A stretch of DNA of 64,000 nt from an uncultured Clostridia bacterium (lineage in GTDB: Bacteria > Bacillota > Clostridia > Peptostreptococcales > Anaerovoracaceae): contig CALZYE010000005.1 in NCBI GenBank assembly GCA_945830395.1, positions 19,601-83,600 of the forward strand, given 5' to 3'. Positions 17,248-26,060 of the stretch are shown here, in pieces (the stretch's first letter is position 1; each line of letters opens with the position of its first letter). Under the pieces are notes generated by a model. That model did no database searches and was not told the DNA's origin. It saw nothing but the letters and a program-made list of their open reading frames with translations. The position numbers were made by a program, and so were the translations under genes.

Positions 17248-17724
17248 ATGAAAAAAATTATTGTATTAAGTTTGTGCATCGCAATTGCCTTTGCTTCTAC
17301 TGCTTGTGGTGACAAAAAGGAGACTTCAAGTTCTTCTAACACCGACACAAAAAAAGAAGAAGTGAAAAAGGATTTTAGTGGGAAACATTCTGAAAAGGGA
17401 AAAGGAAAGATATTTATTGTTACTCCATCAGGCAGTTCTAAAAATGGAAAAACTCCTTTTATATATGTAGATGAGAATACTGCAGTAACTCAAATTTCTC
17501 TTGAAGCTATCGGGATTGATGGCTCAAAACTTTCATACATCTATATAGATGGTATGGAAAATAAAAAAGACCAGATTGGAGATTATCAAGGAACACTGTC
17601 TCTTGAGGGTGATGCTTTGAAGAAAGGAAAACATAAAGTTGAATTAGTTCAATACGATAATGATAAACCAAAAGGGAAGATAATTACATATAAATCTTCT
17701 ATGTATGAGGTCAAAGAAAAATAG
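17248..17724 (+). CDS. Phage lipoprotein (possible superinfection exclusion)
   Basis: Signal peptide with lipobox STAC; Ser/Lys linker; lies between cI and int. Confidence 0.8.
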   Translation: MKKIIVLSLCIAIAFASTACGDKKETSSSSNTDTKKEEVKKDFSGKHSEKGKGKIFIVTPSGSSKNGKTPFIYVDENTAVTQISLEAIGIDGSKLSYIYIDGMENKKDQIGDYQGTLSLEGDALKKGKHKVELVQYDNDKPKGKIITYKSSMYEVKEK

Positions 17725-17740
17725 AATAAAACTTAATAAA

Positions 17741-17794
17741 AAATAAAGAGACCTACCGTTACAGGCAAGCCTCAAGTAAGTGTATCAAGTATCT
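17741..17794 (-). repeat. Dispersed repeat, copy 2 (after the lipoprotein gene)
   Basis: GAGACCTACCGTTACAGGCAAGCCTCAAGTAAGTGTATCAAGTATCT. Confidence 0.8.
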
Positions 17795-17855
17795 AATTTA
17801 CCATTTGTGAAACATGTTGGCGAAATAAAATATAATTAAAAATATTGAAGTAATG

Positions 17856-17884
17856 TTGACAAAAAATGATACACATTGTATAGT
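17856..17884 (+). promoter_or_regulatory. SigA promoter of the Abi locus
   Basis: TTGACA-17 bp-TATAGT with TG just upstream of the -10. Confidence 0.8.
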
Positions 17885-17890
17885 GTAATC

Positions 17891-17962
17891 AACAGAGTTG
17901 CCCGACGCTGATTCGGGGACCAACCGGAGTTACACTTTTGTGTGCTCCGGTTTTTACTTTTT
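17891..17962 (+). ncRNA. Structured leader / candidate antitoxin RNA upstream of Abi
   Basis: Hairpin CCCGA..TCGGG, then AACCGGAG-TACAC/GTGTG-CTCCGGTT with a U-tract. Confidence 0.55.
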
Positions 17963-17974
17963 AAGGGAAAAATA

Positions 17975-18865
17975 ATGATAAAAGACTTAAAAAAACCTCT
18001 AACTTATGAAGAACAGTTAGAAAAATTGAAAGAACATAAATTAAAAATTGGCGATGAAGCAAAAGCATTAAAAATATTAGAGCGCTTAAATTACTACAAA
18101 CTGTCTGGTTACGGTTTAGGGTTTCGTAATGAAAAATATAGTGATTTATATAAGCCTGGGACTTCTTTTGAGCTGCTATATGAATTATTTTTATTTGATG
18201 AAGAGCTTCGGATCTTCCTCTTAAAATTTCTTTTGAAGATAGAAATTTACTTAAGAACAAGGATAGCAAATGACTTTTCATTAATAAAATGTAAAGAATC
18301 TCCCTACGACCAACACTATGATATTGAGAACTATTATCGTAAAGAAAAGTTTCAGGAAGTTTTCAATTCCCTTGAAAAGGAAAAAGATAATAATTCTGAC
18401 AGTTTAGTAATTAAGCATCATGATAAAAAATATAACGGCAAAATGCCTTTATGGGTAATAGTCGAACTCTTATCTTTTTCTAATTTGTCAAAGTACTATA
18501 ATTCTCTGTTTGAATCTGACAAGAAAGTTATTGCAGATAAATTGGGAGTCGCCCATAAAGTTTTATCAAACCATATGCATTGCCTTTCTGTTCTGAGAAA
18601 TAAATGTGCACATAGTTCACGAATATATAATAATGATTTCGCACCTCCGGCAAAGCTCGGTAGAGAATATTTAAAAAAATATAATGATGTTTTTAACGGT
18701 TCACTATTTGCATATTGCAGAATCATCTATCTAAGGCTTCCTGAAGAAAAAGATAAAAAAGATTTTGTCAAAGGCTTAAAAAATATAATTTCAGATTATG
18801 AAGAATCTATTAATCTATCAGATATCGGCTTCCCTGCAGATTGGTTAAAAGTAATATCTGTTTAA
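17975..18865 (+). CDS. Abi-family protein (AbiD/AbiF group, HEPN-type RNase)
   Basis: KKPLTYEEQL..L, NYY.LSGY, MPLWV.VE.LSF, HEPN-like RNKCAH. Confidence 0.9.
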   Translation: MIKDLKKPLTYEEQLEKLKEHKLKIGDEAKALKILERLNYYKLSGYGLGFRNEKYSDLYKPGTSFELLYELFLFDEELRIFLLKFLLKIEIYLRTRIANDFSLIKCKESPYDQHYDIENYYRKEKFQEVFNSLEKEKDNNSDSLVIKHHDKKYNGKMPLWVIVELLSFSNLSKYYNSLFESDKKVIADKLGVAHKVLSNHMHCLSVLRNKCAHSSRIYNNDFAPPAKLGREYLKKYNDVFNGSLFAYCRIIYLRLPEEKDKKDFVKGLKNIISDYEESINLSDIGFPADWLKVISV

Positions 18866-18936
18866 ATAAATAGACCTGCCATTATCAGCGAGCCTCAAGT
18901 AAGTGTATCAAGCATCTTAAGAAAATACCCGCATAT
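18866..18936 (-). repeat. Dispersed repeat, copy 3 (after Abi)
   Basis: AGACCTGCCATTATCAGCGAGCCTCAAGTAAGTGTATCAAGCATCTT. Confidence 0.8.
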
Positions 18937-19114
18937 TTGTGGATTGCAAATTAACACAGATTAATGTGTGACAGCATGTACGATATCATGTGCGGTGGAC
19001 ACCATTTTTTTATTTCTGAAATTGCAATATTTCCACTCAAAATAATTAGAACTATTAGTGATAGCATGTGCGGTATTACATAGATTGGAAATTGTAAAAA
19101 TAACGGAGTCTGAA

Positions 19115-20191
19115 ATGAAAAAATATAAATTCAAAACAACATTTACTTTTGACGGAAAGCGTTATCAAATATATGCTGATACTCAAAAGGAACTATACAG
19201 AAAAGCTGAGAGGAAAAAAATTGAATTAGAACAAGGTAAAATTGAACTTGCTGGGAATATGACTTTGGCTCAATGGATAGAAAAATGCATAAGTACCTAT
19301 AAAACAAATCAAAAAGAAATTACTAATAAGAAATATAGGGCAAGAATAAAACACTGCATAACTGACCGTATAGGCAAGTATCCTTTAAGGTCAATCAAGC
19401 CTCTTCAATTACAAGAATGTATGAATCTCCAGATTGGTAAATCAAAGACTCAAATTAATGAAGTTTATAATGCTATTAAATTTTTCTTTGAAAAAGCTAT
19501 AGATAATCAGCTAATATCGGTTGATCCTTCTAAAAGTTTGATTAAACCTTTAGGATATACTAATCATAGGAGAGCATTAACTGAAAAAGAGCAAATACAC
19601 CTTCTTAAGGTCGCAATAACCGATAGGAGATATTACTTATTCCTACTTATGTTTTATTGCGGATGCAGACCGGAAGAAGCTGCTGAATGTCAAGGTCGTG
19701 ATATAATCAAAAGAGATGGTATTTATTTGCTCCACATTCGAGGAACAAAGACTATAAACTCTGATAGATTAGTACCACTACCTACAGTTTTTTTTGATCT
19801 TATAAAGGATACTCCTGCATTTGATTACATCGCATGCTATAATAACGGAAATAAAATAAACAGTGCAAATAGAAATAGAGTATGGAAATCATTAAAACGA
19901 CAGATGAATATCGATATGGGATGTAGAGTTTACAGGAATCAGTTGGTTCCGCCTTATCCTTTGGCAAGTGATATTGTACCTTATTGTATCCGCCACACAT
20001 ACTGTACTAATCTTGCAAGAAAAGGTATAGATATTAGAATCGCACAGAAATTAATGGGGCACTCTGATATTAGCCTAACTGCTAACATCTATACACATGT
20101 AGATATTATAGATGTTGTTAAAATAGCACATTCTATAGATAGTAATGTATTACCTTGTGGTTTACCTGAACATCAAAAGCTTGCGAAATAG
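19115..20191 (+). CDS. int: Tyrosine recombinase (phage integrase)
   Basis: GCRPEE (R), IRHTY (R-H), MGHS, NIYTH (Y); adjacent to the att site. Confidence 0.95.
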   Translation: MKKYKFKTTFTFDGKRYQIYADTQKELYRKAERKKIELEQGKIELAGNMTLAQWIEKCISTYKTNQKEITNKKYRARIKHCITDRIGKYPLRSIKPLQLQECMNLQIGKSKTQINEVYNAIKFFFEKAIDNQLISVDPSKSLIKPLGYTNHRRALTEKEQIHLLKVAITDRRYYLFLLMFYCGCRPEEAAECQGRDIIKRDGIYLLHIRGTKTINSDRLVPLPTVFFDLIKDTPAFDYIACYNNGNKINSANRNRVWKSLKRQMNIDMGCRVYRNQLVPPYPLASDIVPYCIRHTYCTNLARKGIDIRIAQKLMGHSDISLTANIYTHVDIIDVVKIAHSIDSNVLPCGLPEHQKLAK

Positions 20192-20206
20192 CTATTCTTT
20201 TTCGTA

Positions 20207-20251
20207 TTCCTAAACCGTGCGTCGGGTGTTCGAATCGCCTCTGGGACACCA
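20207..20251 (+). other. att core: 3' half of tRNA-Arg(CCT), not an intact tRNA
   Basis: TTCCTAA anticodon loop, T-arm GGGTGTTCGAATCGCC and CCA end present; 5' half absent. Confidence 0.85.
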
Positions 20252-20256
20252 AGAAC

Positions 20257-20301
20257 AAAAGCCTTGCAATTACTGTGTTTTCAGTAGTTGCAAGGCTTTT
20301 T
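20257..20301 (+). terminator. Terminator after the tRNA fragment
   Basis: AAAAGCCTTGCAAT...GTTGCAAGGCTTTTT. Confidence 0.75.
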
Positions 20302-20500
20302 GTTTTGTTGTATTATATTCTTAAAATCATCCCTCGGTTTTTCTAAACTCTCAATGCCGGATGCTTTGGGAAATTGCAAAGGATTTCTTTCACCTCCATC
20401 AGGTGACAAATACAGTTCTAACGCCTAACTTGCGTTCTCAACAGCTTTTTGAGCAGTGTCCCCTTGCAAATAACAATTTTATCAAACACACATTGTGTAA

Positions 20501-21382
20501 TTAACGGCAATCATCGAAGAAGCTTATTTGTTTTGATGTCTCTTTTTCCTCAAAGGTTTTCAGATATGTAAAAATCTCACCGTTATCGTGCATTATGTTT
20601 TCTTTCTCACAAAACCTGTGGAACATTTGCATTAAGTTATAGTTATTTTTACTGTTCACCATGTAGCTTCTGCCGAACTCCCTAATATATCTGTTTTTAA
20701 GTCCCAGAAAATTTTTATCAAGCTTGGAATAAAAGTATTCCCTATTGCCTTCTCTCAATGTAAGACCCATACCGAAGCAAATTATTCCTTTTACCTCTGC
20801 TTCTTTACAATAGTTCAGAATCCCCATGAGATTTTCCTCCGTATCATTGATGAAAGGCAGAATCGGTGTGAGCCACACTACTGTCGGGATTCCCGCATCC
20901 CTTAAAGCGCGCAGAGCTTCAAATCGCTCTTTTGTGGTGGAAACATTGGGTTCTATCAGTTTACAGAGTCTTCCATCATAAGTGGTAAGTGTCATCTGAA
21001 TAACGCACTTGGTTTTAGCATTTATCTCCGTCAATAAATCCAAATCTCTGATTATGTCTGCCGATTTTGTTATAAGCGTAATCCCGAACCCTCGTTTATT
21101 TATCACCTCAAGCGCCTGCCTTGTTTTCTTCAATCTGAGTTCCTCTCGTATATACGGATCCGTCATGGAGCCTAAGCCGATTATGCATTTTTTTCTCTTT
21201 CGCTTCAAACAATCGTCCAACAGCTGTATTGCATTTTCTTTTATCTCCACATCTTCAAAGTCATGATTCATCTGATAACACTTGCTCCTGGAATCACAAT
21301 AAATGCAGCCGTGTGTACATCCTCTAAATAAATTCATCCCATTTTTTGAAGACAATATTCCCTTTACCTTTGTAAAATGCAT
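20501..21382 (-). CDS. Radical SAM protein (SPL-like)
   Basis: CTHGCIYCD (CxxxCxxC); GSMTDPY. Confidence 0.88.
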   Translation of the reverse strand: MHFTKVKGILSSKNGMNLFRGCTHGCIYCDSRSKCYQMNHDFEDVEIKENAIQLLDDCLKRKRKKCIIGLGSMTDPYIREELRLKKTRQALEVINKRGFGITLITKSADIIRDLDLLTEINAKTKCVIQMTLTTYDGRLCKLIEPNVSTTKERFEALRALRDAGIPTVVWLTPILPFINDTEENLMGILNYCKEAEVKGIICFGMGLTLREGNREYFYSKLDKNFLGLKNRYIREFGRSYMVNSKNNYNLMQMFHRFCEKENIMHDNGEIFTYLKTFEEKETSKQISFFDDCR

Positions 21383-21661
21383 CTCATACTCTCCATTATC
21401 ACTTTGCTGATGGAAATATTTTCATTTCCTATTCCAAATTATATCATCTTTTCTTACACCGGCAATCTCCAAACCCGGTTATCCGCTAAAAATTAACAGA
21501 AAATCAATTCAAAGCCCATCCCGATGAAACTTTAAAAAACAACAATTTGTATGTAATCTGGAATTAGACGGAATAAGAACCGATATATTACACCATAATT
21601 TCCAAATAGTTTAAAAATACGGTTGCAACCTGCACGCTTATATAGTACAATACAGGCAAGA

Positions 21662-21679
21662 TTGTTAACTTTATAACAA
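21662..21679. promoter_or_regulatory. Rex-binding site
   Basis: TTGTTAA-CTTT-ATAACAA, one mismatch from the clostridial Rex palindrome, upstream of a CoA-transferase. Confidence 0.65.
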
Positions 21680-21749
21680 AGCGTGTGCAAAATTATTTGT
21701 CACTCGCGTTCACAACAAAATATGAATAAAGAATGAAGAGGAAGTAATT

Positions 21750-23108
21750 ATGTATAAGGTTTCAGAAATTGGCGGAGAATACTCTCGCAAAGTAATTACG
21801 GCAGATCAGGCGGCGGCAATGGTAAAATCAGGTGACCGTCTCCACTTTGGACTGGGATGCGGCTCAGTTGTAGAAATCGACGAAGCTCTTGCAAAGAGAG
21901 CAGATGGTCTGAAAGATATTGAGGTTCTCAGTACGGTAACCATCAGAAAAAAGCCCTTTGCACTGTACACCGCTACCGAAAGCAACGATAGCGTAAGGTT
22001 TGTTTCCGCGCATTTCAGCGGTACTGACAGAACTGTTTCCAAAGACGGACGATGCTGGTACATGCCTATGACCTTTGCGGAGCTTCCTTCCCTTTGGAGC
22101 CGGAATCCAAAGGGTATAGACATTGCAATGTTTCAGGTTGCTCCTATGGACAAATACGGAAACTTCAATGTAGGTCCGCAGATTTCCGACTATTGGGGAG
22201 TTCTCAAGGTGGCAAAAAAAGTTATCGTAGAGGTAAATCCTCTGATGCCTGTCGCTCTCGGTCCTGAAAACAACATAAATATCCAAGATGTGGACTTCGT
22301 TGTGGAGGGTTCAGGTCACGAACTTGCGGAAATTCCCGATAAGGTCGGCGGTGAAGTCGAAACCAAAATTGCAGAACATGTCGTAAGTATGATGAAGTCC
22401 AACTGCACGCTTCAGCTGGGAATAGGCGCTCTGCCCTGTACAATCGGCAAGATGCTTGCAGAATCGGATCTGACCGAAATCAGCGCACATACGGAAATGC
22501 TTGTAAATGCTTATGTGGATCTCTTCGATGCCGGAAAGCTCAGTACAGACAAATCCCGAGACAGAGGAACTGTTCTCTATACCTTTGCCGGAGGGACAAA
22601 GAAGCTTTACGACTTTATAGATAATAACCCGATGTGCTGCAACGCCCCTGTAGATTATATAAATGACCCGCATGTTATCTCCAGCATTGAGAACTTCGTG
22701 TCTATAAACAGCTGTGTTCAGGTGGACCTTCTTTCTCAGGTCTGTTCCGAAACGGCAGGAGTCAGACAGGTCTCCGGAACCGGAGGTCAGCTTGACTTCG
22801 TAGTAGGCGCCTACCGTTCAAAGGGCGGAAAGAGTTTTATATGCACACCTTCAGCCAGAAAAACAGCTGACGGCGAACTGGTATCCAATATCTCTGCAAC
22901 TCTTAAACCGGGTGCCGTGGTTACCACGCCGAGAACTGCAACACACTACATTGTAACTGAATACGGCGCAGCAGACATGAAGGGGCGCTCAACCTGGGAG
23001 AGGGCAGAGAGCTTAATTGAAATTGCACATCCTCATTTCAGAGACGACTTAATCAAGGAAGCTGAAAAAATGGGAATTTGGAGCAAAACGAGCAAGACCT
23101 GCATATAA
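21750..23108 (+). CDS. Acetyl-CoA hydrolase/transferase family (butyryl-CoA:acetate or 4-hydroxybutyrate CoA-transferase)
   Basis: LQLGIGALP, HTEM, SGTGGQLDF, SKGGKSFI, VTEYG. Confidence 0.9.
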   Translation: MYKVSEIGGEYSRKVITADQAAAMVKSGDRLHFGLGCGSVVEIDEALAKRADGLKDIEVLSTVTIRKKPFALYTATESNDSVRFVSAHFSGTDRTVSKDGRCWYMPMTFAELPSLWSRNPKGIDIAMFQVAPMDKYGNFNVGPQISDYWGVLKVAKKVIVEVNPLMPVALGPENNINIQDVDFVVEGSGHELAEIPDKVGGEVETKIAEHVVSMMKSNCTLQLGIGALPCTIGKMLAESDLTEISAHTEMLVNAYVDLFDAGKLSTDKSRDRGTVLYTFAGGTKKLYDFIDNNPMCCNAPVDYINDPHVISSIENFVSINSCVQVDLLSQVCSETAGVRQVSGTGGQLDFVVGAYRSKGGKSFICTPSARKTADGELVSNISATLKPGAVVTTPRTATHYIVTEYGAADMKGRSTWERAESLIEIAHPHFRDDLIKEAEKMGIWSKTSKTCI

Positions 23109-23298
23109 AACAGAAAATATCCAAACAAACATCTATATATTTCTTTTGAAAAGAGGGCAGAATAAAATCTGTCCTTTTTTCTGCGCCTCAAGACCGCCTT
23201 TACCCGAACCCCGCTTTGATTGCTTTTTAGCCTTGAAAACACCCTGCATTGTGTTATAATTGAAGATGGGTTGAAGCGTAATTTTAGGAGGAATATAG

Positions 23299-24735
23299 AT
23301 GACAGATTATCAAGGTTATACAAGCCCGTTATCCCGGCGTTATCCCAGCAAGGAGATGAAATACATTTTCTCCCCGGAGAAGAAGTTCAGAACATGGAGA
23401 AGATTATGGATTGCCCTTGCAGAAGCCGAAAAAGAACTTGGGTTGGATATTACGCAGGAGCAAATCGACGAGTTAATCGCAAATAAAGACGATATAAACT
23501 ACGATGTCGCAGAGGAACGGGAAAAAATTGTAAGACACGATGTTATGTCCCATGTTTACGCTTACGGAGTGCAGTGCCCAAGTGCAAAAGGAATCATACA
23601 TCTGGGAGCAACTTCCTGCTATGTTGGGGATAATACGGATTTGATCATCATGCATGAAGGGCTTCAACTGATCCGCAAAAAAATTATAAATGCAATTTCA
23701 CAGCTGTCAAGGTTTGCAGATGAATACAAGGAGCTTCCTTGTCTGGCCTTTACACATTATCAGGCAGCACAACCCACAAGCGTTGGAAAGCGTGCAACCC
23801 TTTGGCTGAACGACTTGGTAATGGACCTTGAAGATTTGGATTATCTCATCGGCACAATCAAGCTCCTCGGCTGTAAAGGGACAACCGGGACGCAGGCCTC
23901 TTTCATGGAGCTGTTTGCAGGTGACCATGAGAAATGCAAAGCCTTGGACAAAAAGATTGCACAAAAAATGGGATTTGAAGATTGCTATCCTGTTTCCGGG
24001 CAAACTTACTCCCGCAAAATAGACAGCAGAATCCTGAATGTTTTGGCGGGAATTGCACAGTCTGCTCACAAGTTCAGTAACGACATTCGCCTTCTTCAGC
24101 ACATGAAAGAAGTTGAAGAACCTTTTGAAAAAAATCAGATCGGCTCTTCCGCAATGGCATACAAGCGTAACCCCATGCGTTCAGAGCGCATGGCATCCCT
24201 TGCAAACTATGTTATGAGCGATGCCATGAATCCTCAGCTAACCGCCGCAACGCAGTGGTTTGAAAGAACTCTTGACGACTCGGCAAACAAGAGAATCAGC
24301 GTATCAGAGGCATTCCTTGCCACTGACAGCATTCTTGAATTATATATCAATATATCTACAGGTCTTGTGGTTTACCCTAAGGTAATAGAGGCTCACCTGA
24401 TGGCGGAACTTCCTTTCATGGCAACGGAAAATATCCTGATGGATGCCGTCAAGGCCGGTGGAGACAGACAGGAGCTTCACGAAAGAATCAGAGAGCTTTC
24501 CATGGAAGCCGGAAAAACCGTAAAGGAAGAAGGAAAGCCAAACGATCTGCTTGACAGAATCGCTGCGGATCCTGCCTTTAATATAAGCAAAGAGGCTTTA
24601 CAGAAGGTTATGAAGCCAGAGAACTATATCGGAAGATCTGCACAGCAGACATCTGAGTTTCTTGACGGGGTCATAAAGCCTATTCTATCCGCAAACAGAG
24701 ACGCATTGGGGCTGGAAGCGGAAATCAATGTATAG
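23299..24735 (+). CDS. purB: Adenylosuccinate lyase
   Basis: GSSAMAYKRNP signature. Confidence 0.96.
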   Translation: MTDYQGYTSPLSRRYPSKEMKYIFSPEKKFRTWRRLWIALAEAEKELGLDITQEQIDELIANKDDINYDVAEEREKIVRHDVMSHVYAYGVQCPSAKGIIHLGATSCYVGDNTDLIIMHEGLQLIRKKIINAISQLSRFADEYKELPCLAFTHYQAAQPTSVGKRATLWLNDLVMDLEDLDYLIGTIKLLGCKGTTGTQASFMELFAGDHEKCKALDKKIAQKMGFEDCYPVSGQTYSRKIDSRILNVLAGIAQSAHKFSNDIRLLQHMKEVEEPFEKNQIGSSAMAYKRNPMRSERMASLANYVMSDAMNPQLTAATQWFERTLDDSANKRISVSEAFLATDSILELYINISTGLVVYPKVIEAHLMAELPFMATENILMDAVKAGGDRQELHERIRELSMEAGKTVKEEGKPNDLLDRIAADPAFNISKEALQKVMKPENYIGRSAQQTSEFLDGVIKPILSANRDALGLEAEINV

Positions 24736-24746
24736 GAGGAATTTTT

Positions 24747-26036
24747 ATGATCAAAGCAATAGTTGGAGTCAACTGGGGAGACGAAGGGAAAGGTAAGATC
24801 ACCGATACTCTGGCGAGTGAAGCCGACATCGTAGTCAGATTTCAGGGAGGCAGTAATGCCGGGCACACCATCAAGAACGAATACGGCAAATTTCCCTTGC
24901 ACATGCTGCCATCGGGCGTTTTCTACCGGCATACTACCTGTGTTTTAGGAAACGGTGTGGCACTGAACATTCCTAAACTAATAGAAGAAATCGACGGAGT
25001 CGTAAGTAAAGGAGTTCCGACCCCGAAAATCATGGTTTCCGACAGAGCTCACATAGTGATGCCTTATCACATTCTGCTTGACGGTTACGAAGAAGAAAGA
25101 CTTGCAGGCAAATCTTTCGGTTCCACCAAATCCGGAATTGCACCTTGTTACTCAGACAAATATGCAAAGATAGGATTTCAGGTTAACGAACTGTTTATGC
25201 CTGAAAGAGAACTCAGAGAGCGCATAGAAAATGTCTGCACAATTAAAAATACACTTATCAGGCATCTTTATCATAAGCCTGAGCTTGATGCCGAGGATAT
25301 TTATAGGACTATGACGGAGTATAAGGAAATGATTAAGCCTTATGTTGCCAACACTTCAGCGTTCCTGTACAATGCACTTTTAGAGGGAAAAAACATTCTT
25401 CTTGAAGGACAGTTAGGTTCCATGAAGGATATAGACCACGGAATCTATCCTATGGTAACATCATCAAACACCATTGCAGGCGGCGGAGCCTGCGGAGCGG
25501 GAGTTCCACCTTACGCAGTAAAAGAAGTAATCGCTGTAACCAAGGCATACTCCTCGGCTGTAGGCGCAGGCGCCTTCGTAAGCGAAATATTCGGAGACGA
25601 GGCAGAAGAGCTGAGAAAACGGGGCGGTGACGGCGGTGAATACGGAGCTACAACAGGTCGTCCCAGAAGAGTGGGCTGGTATGACTGCGTTGCCTCTCGT
25701 TACGGCTGCAGGATTCAAGGCGCTACACAGGTGGCTTTGACAGTGGTGGATCCCCTCGGATATTTGGATGAAATTCCAATTTGCATAGGCTATGATGTGG
25801 ATGGTGAAGTTCATGAGGACTTCCCTAATACCACATATCTATATAAGGCAAAACCAATCTACAAAAAGATGAAAGGTTGGAAATCTGACATCACAGGCAT
25901 TAGAGAATGGGAGAAGCTGCCTGCGGAATGTCAGGAATATGTAAACGAAATCGAACGCCGTCTCGGAGTTCCAATCACTATGGTTTCTAATGGTCCTGCG
26001 CGCGAAGATATTATTCCACGCATCCCATTGATTTAG
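24747..26036 (+). CDS. purA: Adenylosuccinate synthetase
   Basis: WGDEGKGK, GGSNAGHT, GATTGRPRR. Confidence 0.97.
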   Translation: MIKAIVGVNWGDEGKGKITDTLASEADIVVRFQGGSNAGHTIKNEYGKFPLHMLPSGVFYRHTTCVLGNGVALNIPKLIEEIDGVVSKGVPTPKIMVSDRAHIVMPYHILLDGYEEERLAGKSFGSTKSGIAPCYSDKYAKIGFQVNELFMPERELRERIENVCTIKNTLIRHLYHKPELDAEDIYRTMTEYKEMIKPYVANTSAFLYNALLEGKNILLEGQLGSMKDIDHGIYPMVTSSNTIAGGGACGAGVPPYAVKEVIAVTKAYSSAVGAGAFVSEIFGDEAEELRKRGGDGGEYGATTGRPRRVGWYDCVASRYGCRIQGATQVALTVVDPLGYLDEIPICIGYDVDGEVHEDFPNTTYLYKAKPIYKKMKGWKSDITGIREWEKLPAECQEYVNEIERRLGVPITMVSNGPAREDIIPRIPLI

Positions 26037-26060
26037 TTGTTTAAAAAGGAAGGTAAAATT

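Larger units (their letters stand above)
1..20251. mobile_element. Temperate siphovirus-type prophage, right-hand part (continues beyond the left edge)
   Basis: Ordered tail-head-portal-terminase-HNH-early-cro/cI-integrase modules; ends in a tRNA 3' fragment; visibly more AT-rich than host genes to the right. Confidence 0.96.

Noticed and set aside
17128-18936. CRISPR array or diversity-generating retroelement explanation for the repeats
   Set aside because: The repeats are separated by whole genes and are degenerate; no cas or reverse transcriptase gene is in the window
19900-20100. Inactive integrase because the HxxR motif reads YCIR
   Set aside because: The R, R-H, H and Y catalytic residues are present, and Tyr at this position occurs in other phage integrases
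20190-20251. Complete tRNA-Arg gene
   Set aside because: The 5' acceptor strand, D arm and 5' anticodon strand are missing; it is only the att duplication
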